NCBI GenBank assembly: GCA_964349165.1
Contig: CAYGFL010000001.1
Span: forward strand, 1-41,334
DNA from: an uncultured Candidatus Saccharibacteria bacterium
GTDB lineage: Bacteria; Patescibacteriota; Minisyncoccia; Phycocordibacterales; PALSA-1337
Reading direction: 5' to 3'
Length of the DNA stretch: 41,334 bases
Shown: positions 24,235-32,327 of the stretch, one piece after another
Numbering within the stretch: the first letter of the stretch is position 1
How the letters are laid out: every line of letters starts with the position of its first letter
Position numbers and translations under genes: made by a program
The notes under the pieces: model-generated
What the model saw: only the letters and a program-made list of their open reading frames with translations
Told to the model about the DNA's origin: nothing
Databases searched by the model: none

Positions 24235-25005
24235 ATGGATGTTTCTATGAAAATCCCTATTCTCTACGAAGATAAAGATATCCTCGCGGTCGACAAACCT
24301 GCAGGTTTGGTCGTGCATCCAGACGGTAAGACGAAAGAGCCAGCACTCACAGACTGGATATTAGAAAATTATCCAAAGACGAAAAATGTCGGTGAAGTCA
24401 TCGAAACAAAAGAAAATGGGACAATACAGAGACCCGGAATAGTTCATCGTCTCGACAGAGGAACTTCTGGCGTGCTTCTCATTGCAAAAACAAAGAAGGG
24501 TCACGAAACTCTCAAAGAACAATTTCAAAACCAGCTTATCAAAAAAAAGTATTACGCGTTTGTGCATGGAGATATGAAAGAGACATACGGGATCATCGAT
24601 AAGCCGATAGGGAAGAGTCCGCGAGACTTCCGTAGATGGTCCGCAGGACGTGGAGCGAGAGGAGAGATGAGGCCAGCAGAGACATGGTGGACACTGTTGT
24701 GTTACGAACGAGGGGTTGGTGGAGGATATTCTTTTGTAGAGATAGAACCGAAGACCGGTCGCACTCACCAGATCCGTGTCCATTTCAAGGCTGTACAGCA
24801 CCCTGTAGCTTGCGATGAACTATATGCGAGAGATAAGGGTTGCGAGTTGGGATTAGAGAGAACTGCTCTGCACGCTTCATCTATAACATTTACGAATTGC
24901 CTTGGCAAAAAAGTGACAGTGAAGTCTCCATTGCCGAAAGACTTTATAAAAGCGTTGAAAGACCTCCATATGACAGAAGTTGCTAAAAAGAAGGGCGTAT
25001 GTTAG
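24235..25005 (+). CDS. RluA-family pseudouridine synthase (no S4 domain)
   Basis: ILYEDKDILAVDKPAGLVVHP, HRLDRGTSGVLLIAKT, GRTHQIRVH. Start at 24235 or 24247. The upstream ORF portion is the tRNA-Val gene. Confidence 0.85.
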   Translation: MDVSMKIPILYEDKDILAVDKPAGLVVHPDGKTKEPALTDWILENYPKTKNVGEVIETKENGTIQRPGIVHRLDRGTSGVLLIAKTKKGHETLKEQFQNQLIKKKYYAFVHGDMKETYGIIDKPIGKSPRDFRRWSAGRGARGEMRPAETWWTLLCYERGVGGGYSFVEIEPKTGRTHQIRVHFKAVQHPVACDELYARDKGCELGLERTALHASSITFTNCLGKKVTVKSPLPKDFIKALKDLHMTEVAKKKGVC

Positions 25006-25031
25006 ATTTGTTCCACTAAATAGTAAACAGC

Positions 25032-25466
25032 ATGGCAACGAATAAAGACATTTTAACAGCAGTAAATGTAGATGAACGCAAGGCACTAAGCCTCCGTTCT
25101 GGTGATACTGTGCGCGTATGGCAGAAGATAAAGGAAAAAGATAAGACAAGACTACAAGCCTTCGAAGGACTCGTCCTTTCTCGTAAACACGGCACAGAAG
25201 CCGGCGCCACTTTCACAGTACGAAAAGTGATGGACGGTGTAGGAGTTGAAAAAATCTTTCCAATATATTCTCCAGTTATAGATAAGATAGAGGTATTGCG
25301 ACGTTCGAAAGTGCGAAGAGCGAAACTCTACTTCGTGCGAGAAAAAGCAGCAAAAGAAATCCGACGTCAGATGAGACGAATGCTAGTTCTAGAACCAGGG
25401 ATGAATACGGATACGAAGATTGCAGCAGCGGTGTCCGAAGAAAAGAAAGAAGAGGTGGTAGCCTAG
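25032..25466 (+). CDS. rplS: 50S ribosomal protein L19 with a C-terminal extension
   Basis: [33 protein letters not shown]...[41 protein letters not shown]. Confidence 0.9.
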   Translation: MATNKDILTAVNVDERKALSLRSGDTVRVWQKIKEKDKTRLQAFEGLVLSRKHGTEAGATFTVRKVMDGVGVEKIFPIYSPVIDKIEVLRRSKVRRAKLYFVREKAAKEIRRQMRRMLVLEPGMNTDTKIAAAVSEEKKEEVVA

Positions 25467-25482
25467 TGTATAATTGGAACAT

Positions 25483-25567
25483 GCTCGGGTGGCGAAACTG
25501 GCTAGACGCACTACCTTGAGGTGGTAGCGGCCGCAAGGCTATGGAGGTTCGAGTCCTCTCCCGAGCA
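25483..25567 (+). tRNA. tRNA-Leu (anticodon GAG)
   Basis: GCTCGGGTGGCGAAACTGGCTAGACGCACTACCTTGAGGTGGTAGCGGCCGCAAGGCTATGGAGGTTCGAGTCCTCTCCCGAGCA. Long variable arm. Confidence 0.9.
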
Positions 25568-25640
25568 CAAGATTTTTCGTATCATCTACCACCCTCGTCA
25601 GGTGTGGAGAATTGTGATATAAATTGAGGGTAAGTTATAT

Positions 25641-25712
25641 GGTGCCTATAGCTTAGTGGTAAAGCTCCGACCTGTGGCGTCGGCTACGAGAGTTCAATTC
25701 TCTCTAGGCACC
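25641..25712 (+). tRNA. tRNA-His (anticodon GUG) with encoded G-1
   Basis: G-GTGCCTATAGCTTAGTGGTAAAGCTCCGACCTGTGGCGTCGGCTACGAGAGTTCAATTCTCTCTAGGCACC. G-1 lies opposite C73. Confidence 0.9.
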
Positions 25713-25861
25713 CATTTTAAGATTTCTCAAAAACAGCTTTTATTGTACACACTTGGTGTACAGGGTTTAGTAATTGTAAAGTTTCACTAGAAAACTTTAC
25801 ATTCGGATAATGATGTATTAGTATCTTCCATAGAGTTTTAACCTCAACCCCCTTGAAAACA

Positions 25862-26227
25862 ATGAACGTTCTTCAGATAATGGATCCTATTATAACCCAA
25901 CAGATAATGTTGAGGATGTACCTTAACATGAGTCCAAAGGAATATAAAAAAGCTTTGGAATCGGTTATTGCCAATGGAAGGAAATTTACAAAAATCGATG
26001 ACTCAACCCTCTCGAATTCTTTGAGTGAGGATGATTGCACAAGCTATGCTGATTTCACGAGAACATTTCTCAGAAACTTCCGTGAGCTTGAAAGATTACC
26101 TCCTACACAAGATGAATCAGCAATCGTATGCTCTCAGGTTATCGCATGGTGGCGGGTTCTCAGCACATTTCGCACCTTGCACGAACGACCCTCCCCAAAG
26201 AAGAAGATTCCTAAGAAGTCCATTTAG
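25862..26227 (+). CDS. Hypothetical protein (orphan, no recognisable motif)
   Basis: ORF of 121-124 aa (ATG 25862 or TTG 25853) followed by a good terminator. Basic C-terminus PSPKKKIPKKSI. Confidence 0.4.
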   Translation: MNVLQIMDPIITQQIMLRMYLNMSPKEYKKALESVIANGRKFTKIDDSTLSNSLSEDDCTSYADFTRTFLRNFRELERLPPTQDESAIVCSQVIAWWRVLSTFRTLHERPSPKKKIPKKSI

Positions 26228-26248
26228 TCTTCCCTCGCCAAACAGACG

Positions 26249-26286
26249 ACCACGCCAAAGTTAAGGTGTGGTTGTTTTTTCTTTTA
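26249..26286 (+). terminator. Intrinsic terminator after the orphan ORF
   Basis: accacgcc-aaagttaa-ggtgtggt (8 bp, one G:U) followed by TGTTTTTTCTTTT. Confidence 0.6.
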
Positions 26287-26342
26287 AAAACAGTTCTAAC
26301 ATCCTCTACGGCCTCACCCCAAAAAGTGATATAATAAAAAAT

Positions 26343-26663
26343 ATGATAAAAACAACGACAAATTCAATTGAAGGAAAAAGAATAACAGAATATTTAGGTA
26401 TTGTAAGTTCTGATGTAATAATTGGTGCAAACATCTTTAGTGATATATTTGCAAACATAAGAGACATTGTAGGTGGACGTTCTGCTACTTACGAGAAAAA
26501 GTTTTCTGAAGGTAAGGCTATAGCTATAAGTGAATTGGAAGCTGAAGCTGTCAAACTCGGAGGTAACGCTATATTAGGTGTTGATTTTGATTACGAAACA
26601 GTAGGAGCTAGAGGATCTATGCTGATGATCACTGTTTCTGGTACAGCGGTGAAGTTGGAGTAA
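26343..26663 (+). CDS. YbjQ/UPF0145-family protein
   Basis: GKRITEYLGIVSSDVIIGANIFSDIFANIRDIVGGRSATYEKKF...AISELEAEAVKLGGNAILGVDFDYE...MITVSGTAVKL. ATG at 26343. Confidence 0.8.
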   Translation: MIKTTTNSIEGKRITEYLGIVSSDVIIGANIFSDIFANIRDIVGGRSATYEKKFSEGKAIAISELEAEAVKLGGNAILGVDFDYETVGARGSMLMITVSGTAVKLE

Positions 26664-26705
26664 AAAATAACTCTGCTGAAGCTAGATATGTTATGATTAC
26701 ACTGT

Positions 26706-29033
26706 ATGATTTTTCCTTACAAGCTCGTCGCTTTCGACCTCGATGGCACACTCACGAAAAGTAAACAGCCTATCACCGAGGAGACAGCCTCGCTTCTTAC
26801 AGAATTGTCGCGTTATGTGAAGATAGTCATCATATCTGGTGGATCTTTCGTAAGATTTCAAGAACAACTTCTCAGATCTCTAGAGCCATCTGTGAATATT
26901 ATCTTGCTTCCCACAGAGGGTAGTGAGAGATTCGAATATGATATGGAAAAAAGAGAATGGAAAATGACTGGGCACGAAACTTTTCCAGATAAATTGAAAA
27001 AAGAAGTCGTGCATGCTCTAAATGAAATAATCGAATCCGCAGGCTACGACATACCCAGAGAACATTATGGAGAATATATCGAAGATCGAGATACCGAGAT
27101 TGCCTTCGCTGCTCTCGGTCAAGATGCGCCACTAGAAAAAAAAGAAGCTTGGGATCCTACTCGCGAAAAGAGAATGAAAATAAAAGAAGCTCTCGAGGCT
27201 AAGGTAAAAGGGATCATGGTAGCTGTAGCAGGCACAACATCCCTCGATATTCTTCCTGCAGGATTCGATAAGGCAAAAGGATTACATCTACTCTCGGAGA
27301 AGCTCGGCATCGCAAAAGAGGATATTGTTTTTATCGGAGATGCTATCGTGCCTGGAGGCAATGATTATTCGGTTTTCAAATCAGGTATAAAAAGCATCGT
27401 GGTTCGAGATCCAGAAGACACACAGAACACTATATCTTCTTTTTTATCCCAAACCCGTTCTGAAAATTTAAATTTTCCACAAAATCCGATAGCGTATTTC
27501 TGTGCAGAATACGCTTTCGACGGCAACGTCTCCATGTACGCAGGCGGACTTGGAATATTGGCAGGAGACTATGTGCTAGAAGCGGCATTGAAAAATCTAC
27601 CATTTGTAGCTATAGGACTGAAGTATGGTGAGTCTGTACCAGATGGTTTCTCTATATTGAATGGTGTATATGTAACTATCCCTTTACAAAAAAGGAAAAT
27701 ATCAGCGCAAGTCTGGCATAAAGCCTTTTCATCCAATGTCCACGTCTTTCTTTTAGACACGAATATTACAGACAACCCAGAAGATGATATGAAAATTACT
27801 CATCATCTCTACGATCCGGATTTCCACACACGCATATATCAACAGATGGTACTAGGAATAGGCGGTATACGTCTCCTCTCAAAATTAAATATTTCTCCGA
27901 AAATATATCATCTAAACGAGGGTCACACCGCCTTCGCCGGAATAGCGATAATCGCCGAGCGAAAAGAGGATTTGGATAAAGTAGTGATCACGAAGCACAC
28001 AGTTCTCTCTGAAGCTGGTATATTGATCCCTCATGAAGATTTCAATAATATTGTCGATTCGTATGCGAAAGAGACAGGACTCTCTGTGAAGGACGTATTC
28101 GAGAGAGGAAAATTCGAATTGAATACAGAGCAATTCTCGACTACAAAATTGATCATTAGTTGCGCTACAAGGAAGAATGCAGTCAGTCGTCTGCACGCAG
28201 TTTTCGAAAAACAAAAACACCCACACAGCAATCTCATATCTATTACAAACGGGGTACATCGACCACGATGGCAAGACAAAGAGTTACTACATCGTTCGAA
28301 GAATATGTCTGACGCCGAGTTGTGGAAGATAAAGAGAAGGTTGAGAATCGAACTCATAGAATATGTGAGAAGTGTATCGGGCAAATCATTTAATCCAGAC
28401 GTATGCACACTAGTCTGGGCTAGACGCTTCGCCGCGTACAAGAGACCGAATCTACTATTCTCCGATATGAGGAGGTTGACGGAGATAATCTCGAATCCCA
28501 GCAGGCCGATACAGTGTATCATCTCTGGTAAGGCTCATCCTGGAGATGCAGAAGGCAACGCTATTGTGCAGAAGATCATCGCTTTCTCTAATACCAGAGA
28601 AGCGCAGGGTAGGATAGTGTATCTTCCAGATTATTCTGTAAAAAGTGCAGAGAAGCTTGTACGTGGGGCAGATATCTGGCTGAATACCCCAGAGTTAGGT
28701 AAGGAAGCTTGTGGCACTAGCGGTATGAAAGCCTGCCTCAACGGAGCACTGCAATGCACGATAAGAGATGGTTGGGTAGATGAAGTCTCGTGGGAAGGCA
28801 GAGGTTGGATATTACCAGGAGATGTGCCGACTGAAGCCACCGCACAAGTGCTCTATGATCTACTAGCAGAAGAGATCTCACCATGTTTCTACGAAGACTC
28901 TCCAGATGGTGTCACAGAGCTTCCTCACAAATGGATAGCCAGAATGCGCTCCACTATGGAGATTGTCGAGAAGGATTTCACCGCAGAGAGAATGTTGCGA
29001 GATTATAATGAAAAGTTGTATCTGCTTTCATAA
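26706..29033 (+). CDS. glgP: Fusion protein: eukaryotic-type phosphomannomutase (HAD-IIB, PMM-like) domain plus alpha-glucan phosphorylase (GT35)
   Basis: aa 1-247: VAFDLDGTLTKSKQPIT...IISGGSF...FIGDAIVPGGNDYSVF...RDPEDT, colinear with human PMM2 by eye. aa 260-775: AYFCAEYAF...YAGGLGILAGDY...NEGHTAF...GKEACGTSGMKACLNG (PLP-lysine motif). Confidence 0.8.
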   Translation: MIFPYKLVAFDLDGTLTKSKQPITEETASLLTELSRYVKIVIISGGSFVRFQEQLLRSLEPSVNIILLPTEGSERFEYDMEKREWKMTGHETFPDKLKKEVVHALNEIIESAGYDIPREHYGEYIEDRDTEIAFAALGQDAPLEKKEAWDPTREKRMKIKEALEAKVKGIMVAVAGTTSLDILPAGFDKAKGLHLLSEKLGIAKEDIVFIGDAIVPGGNDYSVFKSGIKSIVVRDPEDTQNTISSFLSQTRSENLNFPQNPIAYFCAEYAFDGNVSMYAGGLGILAGDYVLEAALKNLPFVAIGLKYGESVPDGFSILNGVYVTIPLQKRKISAQVWHKAFSSNVHVFLLDTNITDNPEDDMKITHHLYDPDFHTRIYQQMVLGIGGIRLLSKLNISPKIYHLNEGHTAFAGIAIIAERKEDLDKVVITKHTVLSEAGILIPHEDFNNIVDSYAKETGLSVKDVFERGKFELNTEQFSTTKLIISCATRKNAVSRLHAVFEKQKHPHSNLISITNGVHRPRWQDKELLHRSKNMSDAELWKIKRRLRIELIEYVRSVSGKSFNPDVCTLVWARRFAAYKRPNLLFSDMRRLTEIISNPSRPIQCIISGKAHPGDAEGNAIVQKIIAFSNTREAQGRIVYLPDYSVKSAEKLVRGADIWLNTPELGKEACGTSGMKACLNGALQCTIRDGWVDEVSWEGRGWILPGDVPTEATAQVLYDLLAEEISPCFYEDSPDGVTELPHKWIARMRSTMEIVEKDFTAERMLRDYNEKLYLLS

Positions 29034-29063
29034 GTAGGTGAAATTTGCTACACTTGTAGCCAT

Positions 29064-30599
29064 ATGGCCATTTTTCCAAAGACCCTCACTAGCCTGCGTA
29101 GTAAGAAAAATCTCAAGATTCTCTTTGTCGGTAGCGAGGCAAACCCCTTCGTCAGAGTAGGGGGGCTGGCTTCTGTCATGTATTCTCTACCGAAAGCTCT
29201 ATGTGAGTTGGGACACGACGCCAGAGTCATGATACCTAGATATCTATCGATCGACGATACAGCATTTCACCTCAAGATGGAGTATAAAGACCTCAAAGTT
29301 CCTACTGGCAATACTACAGATGAAGGTGCAGAATATTTCGAATGCAATGTGAAGCGATGTGATCCAGATGAGTCCAACGCCGCGGTAATTACATACTTCC
29401 TCGAAAATATGGAGTTCTACGAACAGCGCGCCAATGTCTACGGCTATGCAGATGATCCTATACGTTTCGGACTACTTAGTCGTGGCGCACTAGAGTTCAT
29501 CCGCCAATCTGGACAATGGGTACCAGACGTCATCGTCTCTCTCGATTGGCAGACAGGATTGATTTCCAATTTTATAAAGACTGTATACAGAGATGACCCC
29601 GTAATCTCGAAGATCGCTAGTGTATTCTCCATCCACAATCTTTTCTATCAATCAACTTTTGATCATCATTTCGTATCTGAGATGGACTTCGACGATGGAC
29701 AATCAGCTATTCCTGGACTGAATAATCCAAGATTGGCGAAATTAAACATGATGCGCAGAGGGATAATGTACGCAGATGCCATCAATACCGTCTCCCCGAA
29801 TTATGCTAGGGAAATAATGACGAAAGAATACGGCGAGATGCTCGACGATCTACTGCGTGAACGCCGAGCAGTGCTCTCTGGAATATTGAATGGTATTGAT
29901 TATGAAGTATTCAATCCACAAACAGATTCATACATTACTTCTCAGTATGACGTGAAGACACTCGCGAGACGCAGTAAGAATAAAAGAGTATTGCAAGAAC
30001 GGTTCGGACTCGAAGTCAATGAAGATGCCTTCATTATCGCGAGTGTTGGTCGACTCAGCAAACAGAAAGGTTTGGATCTGCTCTTCAACATCACACATTT
30101 GTTACTACAAGAATTGCCGGTGCAATTCGTAGTCGTCGGAGAAGGGGAGTCAGAAATTATGAATTTTTTCCAGGATGTAGAGAAGAATAATAAAGGGAAG
30201 GTTGGAGCTCATCTCAAGTATGACCCTGTTCTGCCACATCTAGTCTTCGCTGGAGCAGATGTTGTGATAGTGCCATCGCGCTTCGAACCCTGTGGTCTAG
30301 TACAGATGGAAGCCATGCGCATGGGTTGTGTGCCTATAGTGCGCAAGACTGGTGGTCTCGCCGATAGTGTCGAAGACTACAATCCAGACAAACAGACGGG
30401 CACTGGTTTCGTATTTGAAAAGTTCGATTCATCATCCCTACTCATCGCTATCATACGTGCCTTCGAAAATTTCCGAGATAAGGACAAATGGTCAGCTCTA
30501 CAGAAGCGGACAATGCAAAAAGATTTTTCTTGGAAAAACTCGGCGAAAAAATATACAGAACTTTTCGCTCGGGCGATAGAGCTACGCAACAATATATAA
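29064..30599 (+). CDS. glgA: Glycogen/starch synthase (GT5)
   Basis: KILFVGSEANPFVRVGGLASVMYSLPKAL...DWQTGL...VPSRFEPCGLVQMEAMRMGCVPIVRKTGGLADSV. Confidence 0.9.
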   Translation: MAIFPKTLTSLRSKKNLKILFVGSEANPFVRVGGLASVMYSLPKALCELGHDARVMIPRYLSIDDTAFHLKMEYKDLKVPTGNTTDEGAEYFECNVKRCDPDESNAAVITYFLENMEFYEQRANVYGYADDPIRFGLLSRGALEFIRQSGQWVPDVIVSLDWQTGLISNFIKTVYRDDPVISKIASVFSIHNLFYQSTFDHHFVSEMDFDDGQSAIPGLNNPRLAKLNMMRRGIMYADAINTVSPNYAREIMTKEYGEMLDDLLRERRAVLSGILNGIDYEVFNPQTDSYITSQYDVKTLARRSKNKRVLQERFGLEVNEDAFIIASVGRLSKQKGLDLLFNITHLLLQELPVQFVVVGEGESEIMNFFQDVEKNNKGKVGAHLKYDPVLPHLVFAGADVVIVPSRFEPCGLVQMEAMRMGCVPIVRKTGGLADSVEDYNPDKQTGTGFVFEKFDSSSLLIAIIRAFENFRDKDKWSALQKRTMQKDFSWKNSAKKYTELFARAIELRNNI

Positions 30600-30602
30600 A
30601 TT

Positions 30603-32096
30603 ATGAAATGGGGCAATTTCCTACATATCTATCAGCCGGCAGACCAGCAGAGAGATATACTCGAAGCGATCGTTGTCCAATGTTATAGACCGCTCATCTC
30701 ACATATCGCAGAGACTCCGAATATCAAAGTCACTTTCAATATCACAGGAGCACTCCTAGAACTTTTCGATAAATACGGCTACCGAGATCTCATCGATATG
30801 CTACGTACGGCAGGAGAAGAAGGGAAGATCGAGTTCACTGGATCTGCCAAATACCATGGTTTCTTGCCTCTTTTAGATGAGGAAGATATACGTCGCCAGA
30901 TCGAGATAAATAATGAAACACTGATTCACTATCTAGGAAAAGACTGTAAACCAAAAGGATTTTTTCCTCCTGAGATGGGCTATGATCCGAAGATATTACC
31001 AATAGTCGAATCTCTAGGTTTCGAATGGATTATTCTAGACGAAATAGCTCTCAATGGGGAACCTGGTTCTGTGGACTACACGAAGATATATAAAATAAAA
31101 GATTCAAATTTAAAAGTTTTTTTTCGAGAGAGACGCTTGAGCAATCTCATAATGAGCGCGGTTGTGAGATCGCCAGAGACTCTTCGTGAGGCGATGAAAG
31201 ATGAATTGCAGAGTCCTAGATACATAGTTACCGCGATGGATGGGGAAACATTCGGTCATCATAGACCAGGATTGGAGAAATTACTTTTTAATATTTTTGA
31301 GACGAAAGATTTCAATCTTGTCACGATTTCTGAACTTTTGAAAGATTATAAAAATGAAGAGGAGATATCACCGATCATGTCTACATGGGCAAGTAGCAGA
31401 GAAGATATCGAAAAGGGAATACAGTTCCTCTCTTGGAAAGATCCGGAAAACTCTATTCACACTTGGCAGTGGGAGTTGTTCCATCTAGCACGCACGAATG
31501 TAGAAAGTCTGGATACAGGAAGTCCTGTGTATGAGGAGATAAAACACAGGATGGATGTGGGTACAGCGAGCGACCACTTCTGGTGGGCATCTGCGAAGCC
31601 TTGGTGGAGTCTCGAGATGATAGAAGATGGAGCATACAGGCTTCTCGACACCATACGCGCGATTCCCAAGGTTTCTCCAGAGATAATTATCAAAGCTCGC
31701 GATCTATATGAAAAAATTATTTCAACCGCTTTCAACTGGCAACGCACAGGACGTATACGTTCAATGATGATGGAACAGAGATCTATTTTACGCATTCCAT
31801 TTAAAGATCGCACGATAGGGAAAGGGGGCGCAGAGGAAGGGGTCTACCATGCCTTCATGGATATGATGAAACGATTGGAAAAAGAGGCAATCGAACGTCG
31901 TGAATATGAGAAAGCCATACTCTGGAGAGATGCTATGTATAAATTGGAAAACAAGCTCGATATCTACGATACGATAAATGCAATAGATCTAGTACGTATA
32001 GAAATACCAAACAAAGAAGTAGAGGAGATAATAGAAAAATATAAAGAAAAATATCGTTCAATACGAGGCGGACAACCAGAGCAGAGGGGGAGTTAG
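30603..32096 (+). CDS. Glycoside hydrolase family 57 protein with a C-terminal UVR (UvrB/UvrC-motif)-like helix
   Basis: NFLHIYQP (HQP-type motif), FFPPEMGY (nucleophile Glu region), TAMDGETFGHH (acid/base Asp region). C-terminal ERREYEKAILWRDAMYKLENKL. Confidence 0.75.
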   Translation: MKWGNFLHIYQPADQQRDILEAIVVQCYRPLISHIAETPNIKVTFNITGALLELFDKYGYRDLIDMLRTAGEEGKIEFTGSAKYHGFLPLLDEEDIRRQIEINNETLIHYLGKDCKPKGFFPPEMGYDPKILPIVESLGFEWIILDEIALNGEPGSVDYTKIYKIKDSNLKVFFRERRLSNLIMSAVVRSPETLREAMKDELQSPRYIVTAMDGETFGHHRPGLEKLLFNIFETKDFNLVTISELLKDYKNEEEISPIMSTWASSREDIEKGIQFLSWKDPENSIHTWQWELFHLARTNVESLDTGSPVYEEIKHRMDVGTASDHFWWASAKPWWSLEMIEDGAYRLLDTIRAIPKVSPEIIIKARDLYEKIISTAFNWQRTGRIRSMMMEQRSILRIPFKDRTIGKGGAEEGVYHAFMDMMKRLEKEAIERREYEKAILWRDAMYKLENKLDIYDTINAIDLVRIEIPNKEVEEIIEKYKEKYRSIRGGQPEQRGS

Positions 32097-32101
32097 ACAA
32101 C

Positions 32102-32127
32102 AAAAAACCGCTTCAGCGGATTTTTGT
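32102..32127. terminator. Weak bidirectional terminator-like hairpin after the GH57 gene
   Basis: aaaaaaccgc-ttca-gcggatttttg. Only a 4-bp GC stem, flanked by an A-run and a T-run. Confidence 0.35.
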
Positions 32128-32216
32128 TGAATATACCTGATGGTCGTTTCTCCTCCCTCGACAATGCTGGTATTATATTCCAATTATATGTCAAAGTCAA
32201 CAAACATTCATTCCTG

Positions 32217-32284
32217 TGGAGGTGAGGGGAGTCGAACCCCCATACCCATCTTGTCGAAGGAGGATATCCGACCTTGGCACCCCC
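32217..32284 (-). ncRNA. tRNA-like RNA resembling a tmRNA tRNA-like domain (TLD): acceptor stem with G3:U70, T-arm, no anticodon loop
   Basis: GGGGGTGCCAAGGTCGGATATCCTCCTTCGACAAGATGGGTATGGGGGTTCGACTCCCCTCACCTCCA. Acceptor GGGGGTG/CACCTCC, A73, T-arm GGGGG-TTCGACT-CCCCT. The 10-nt single-stranded D-region includes GG. The central hairpin ATATCC..CTT-CGAC-AAG..GGGTAT is capped by a tetraloop. Confidence 0.45.
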
Positions 32285-32311
32285 ACAGGTAAAAATGTTC
32301 GTTCAAGATGG

Positions 32312-32317
32312 ATTATA
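32312..32317 (-). promoter_or_regulatory. Consensus -10 hexamer (TATAAT on the minus strand) upstream of the tRNA-like RNA
   Basis: Minus strand reads ttaTATAATc, 27 nt upstream of G1 of the tRNA-like element. Confidence 0.3.
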
Positions 32318-32327
32318 TAAAAACGAA

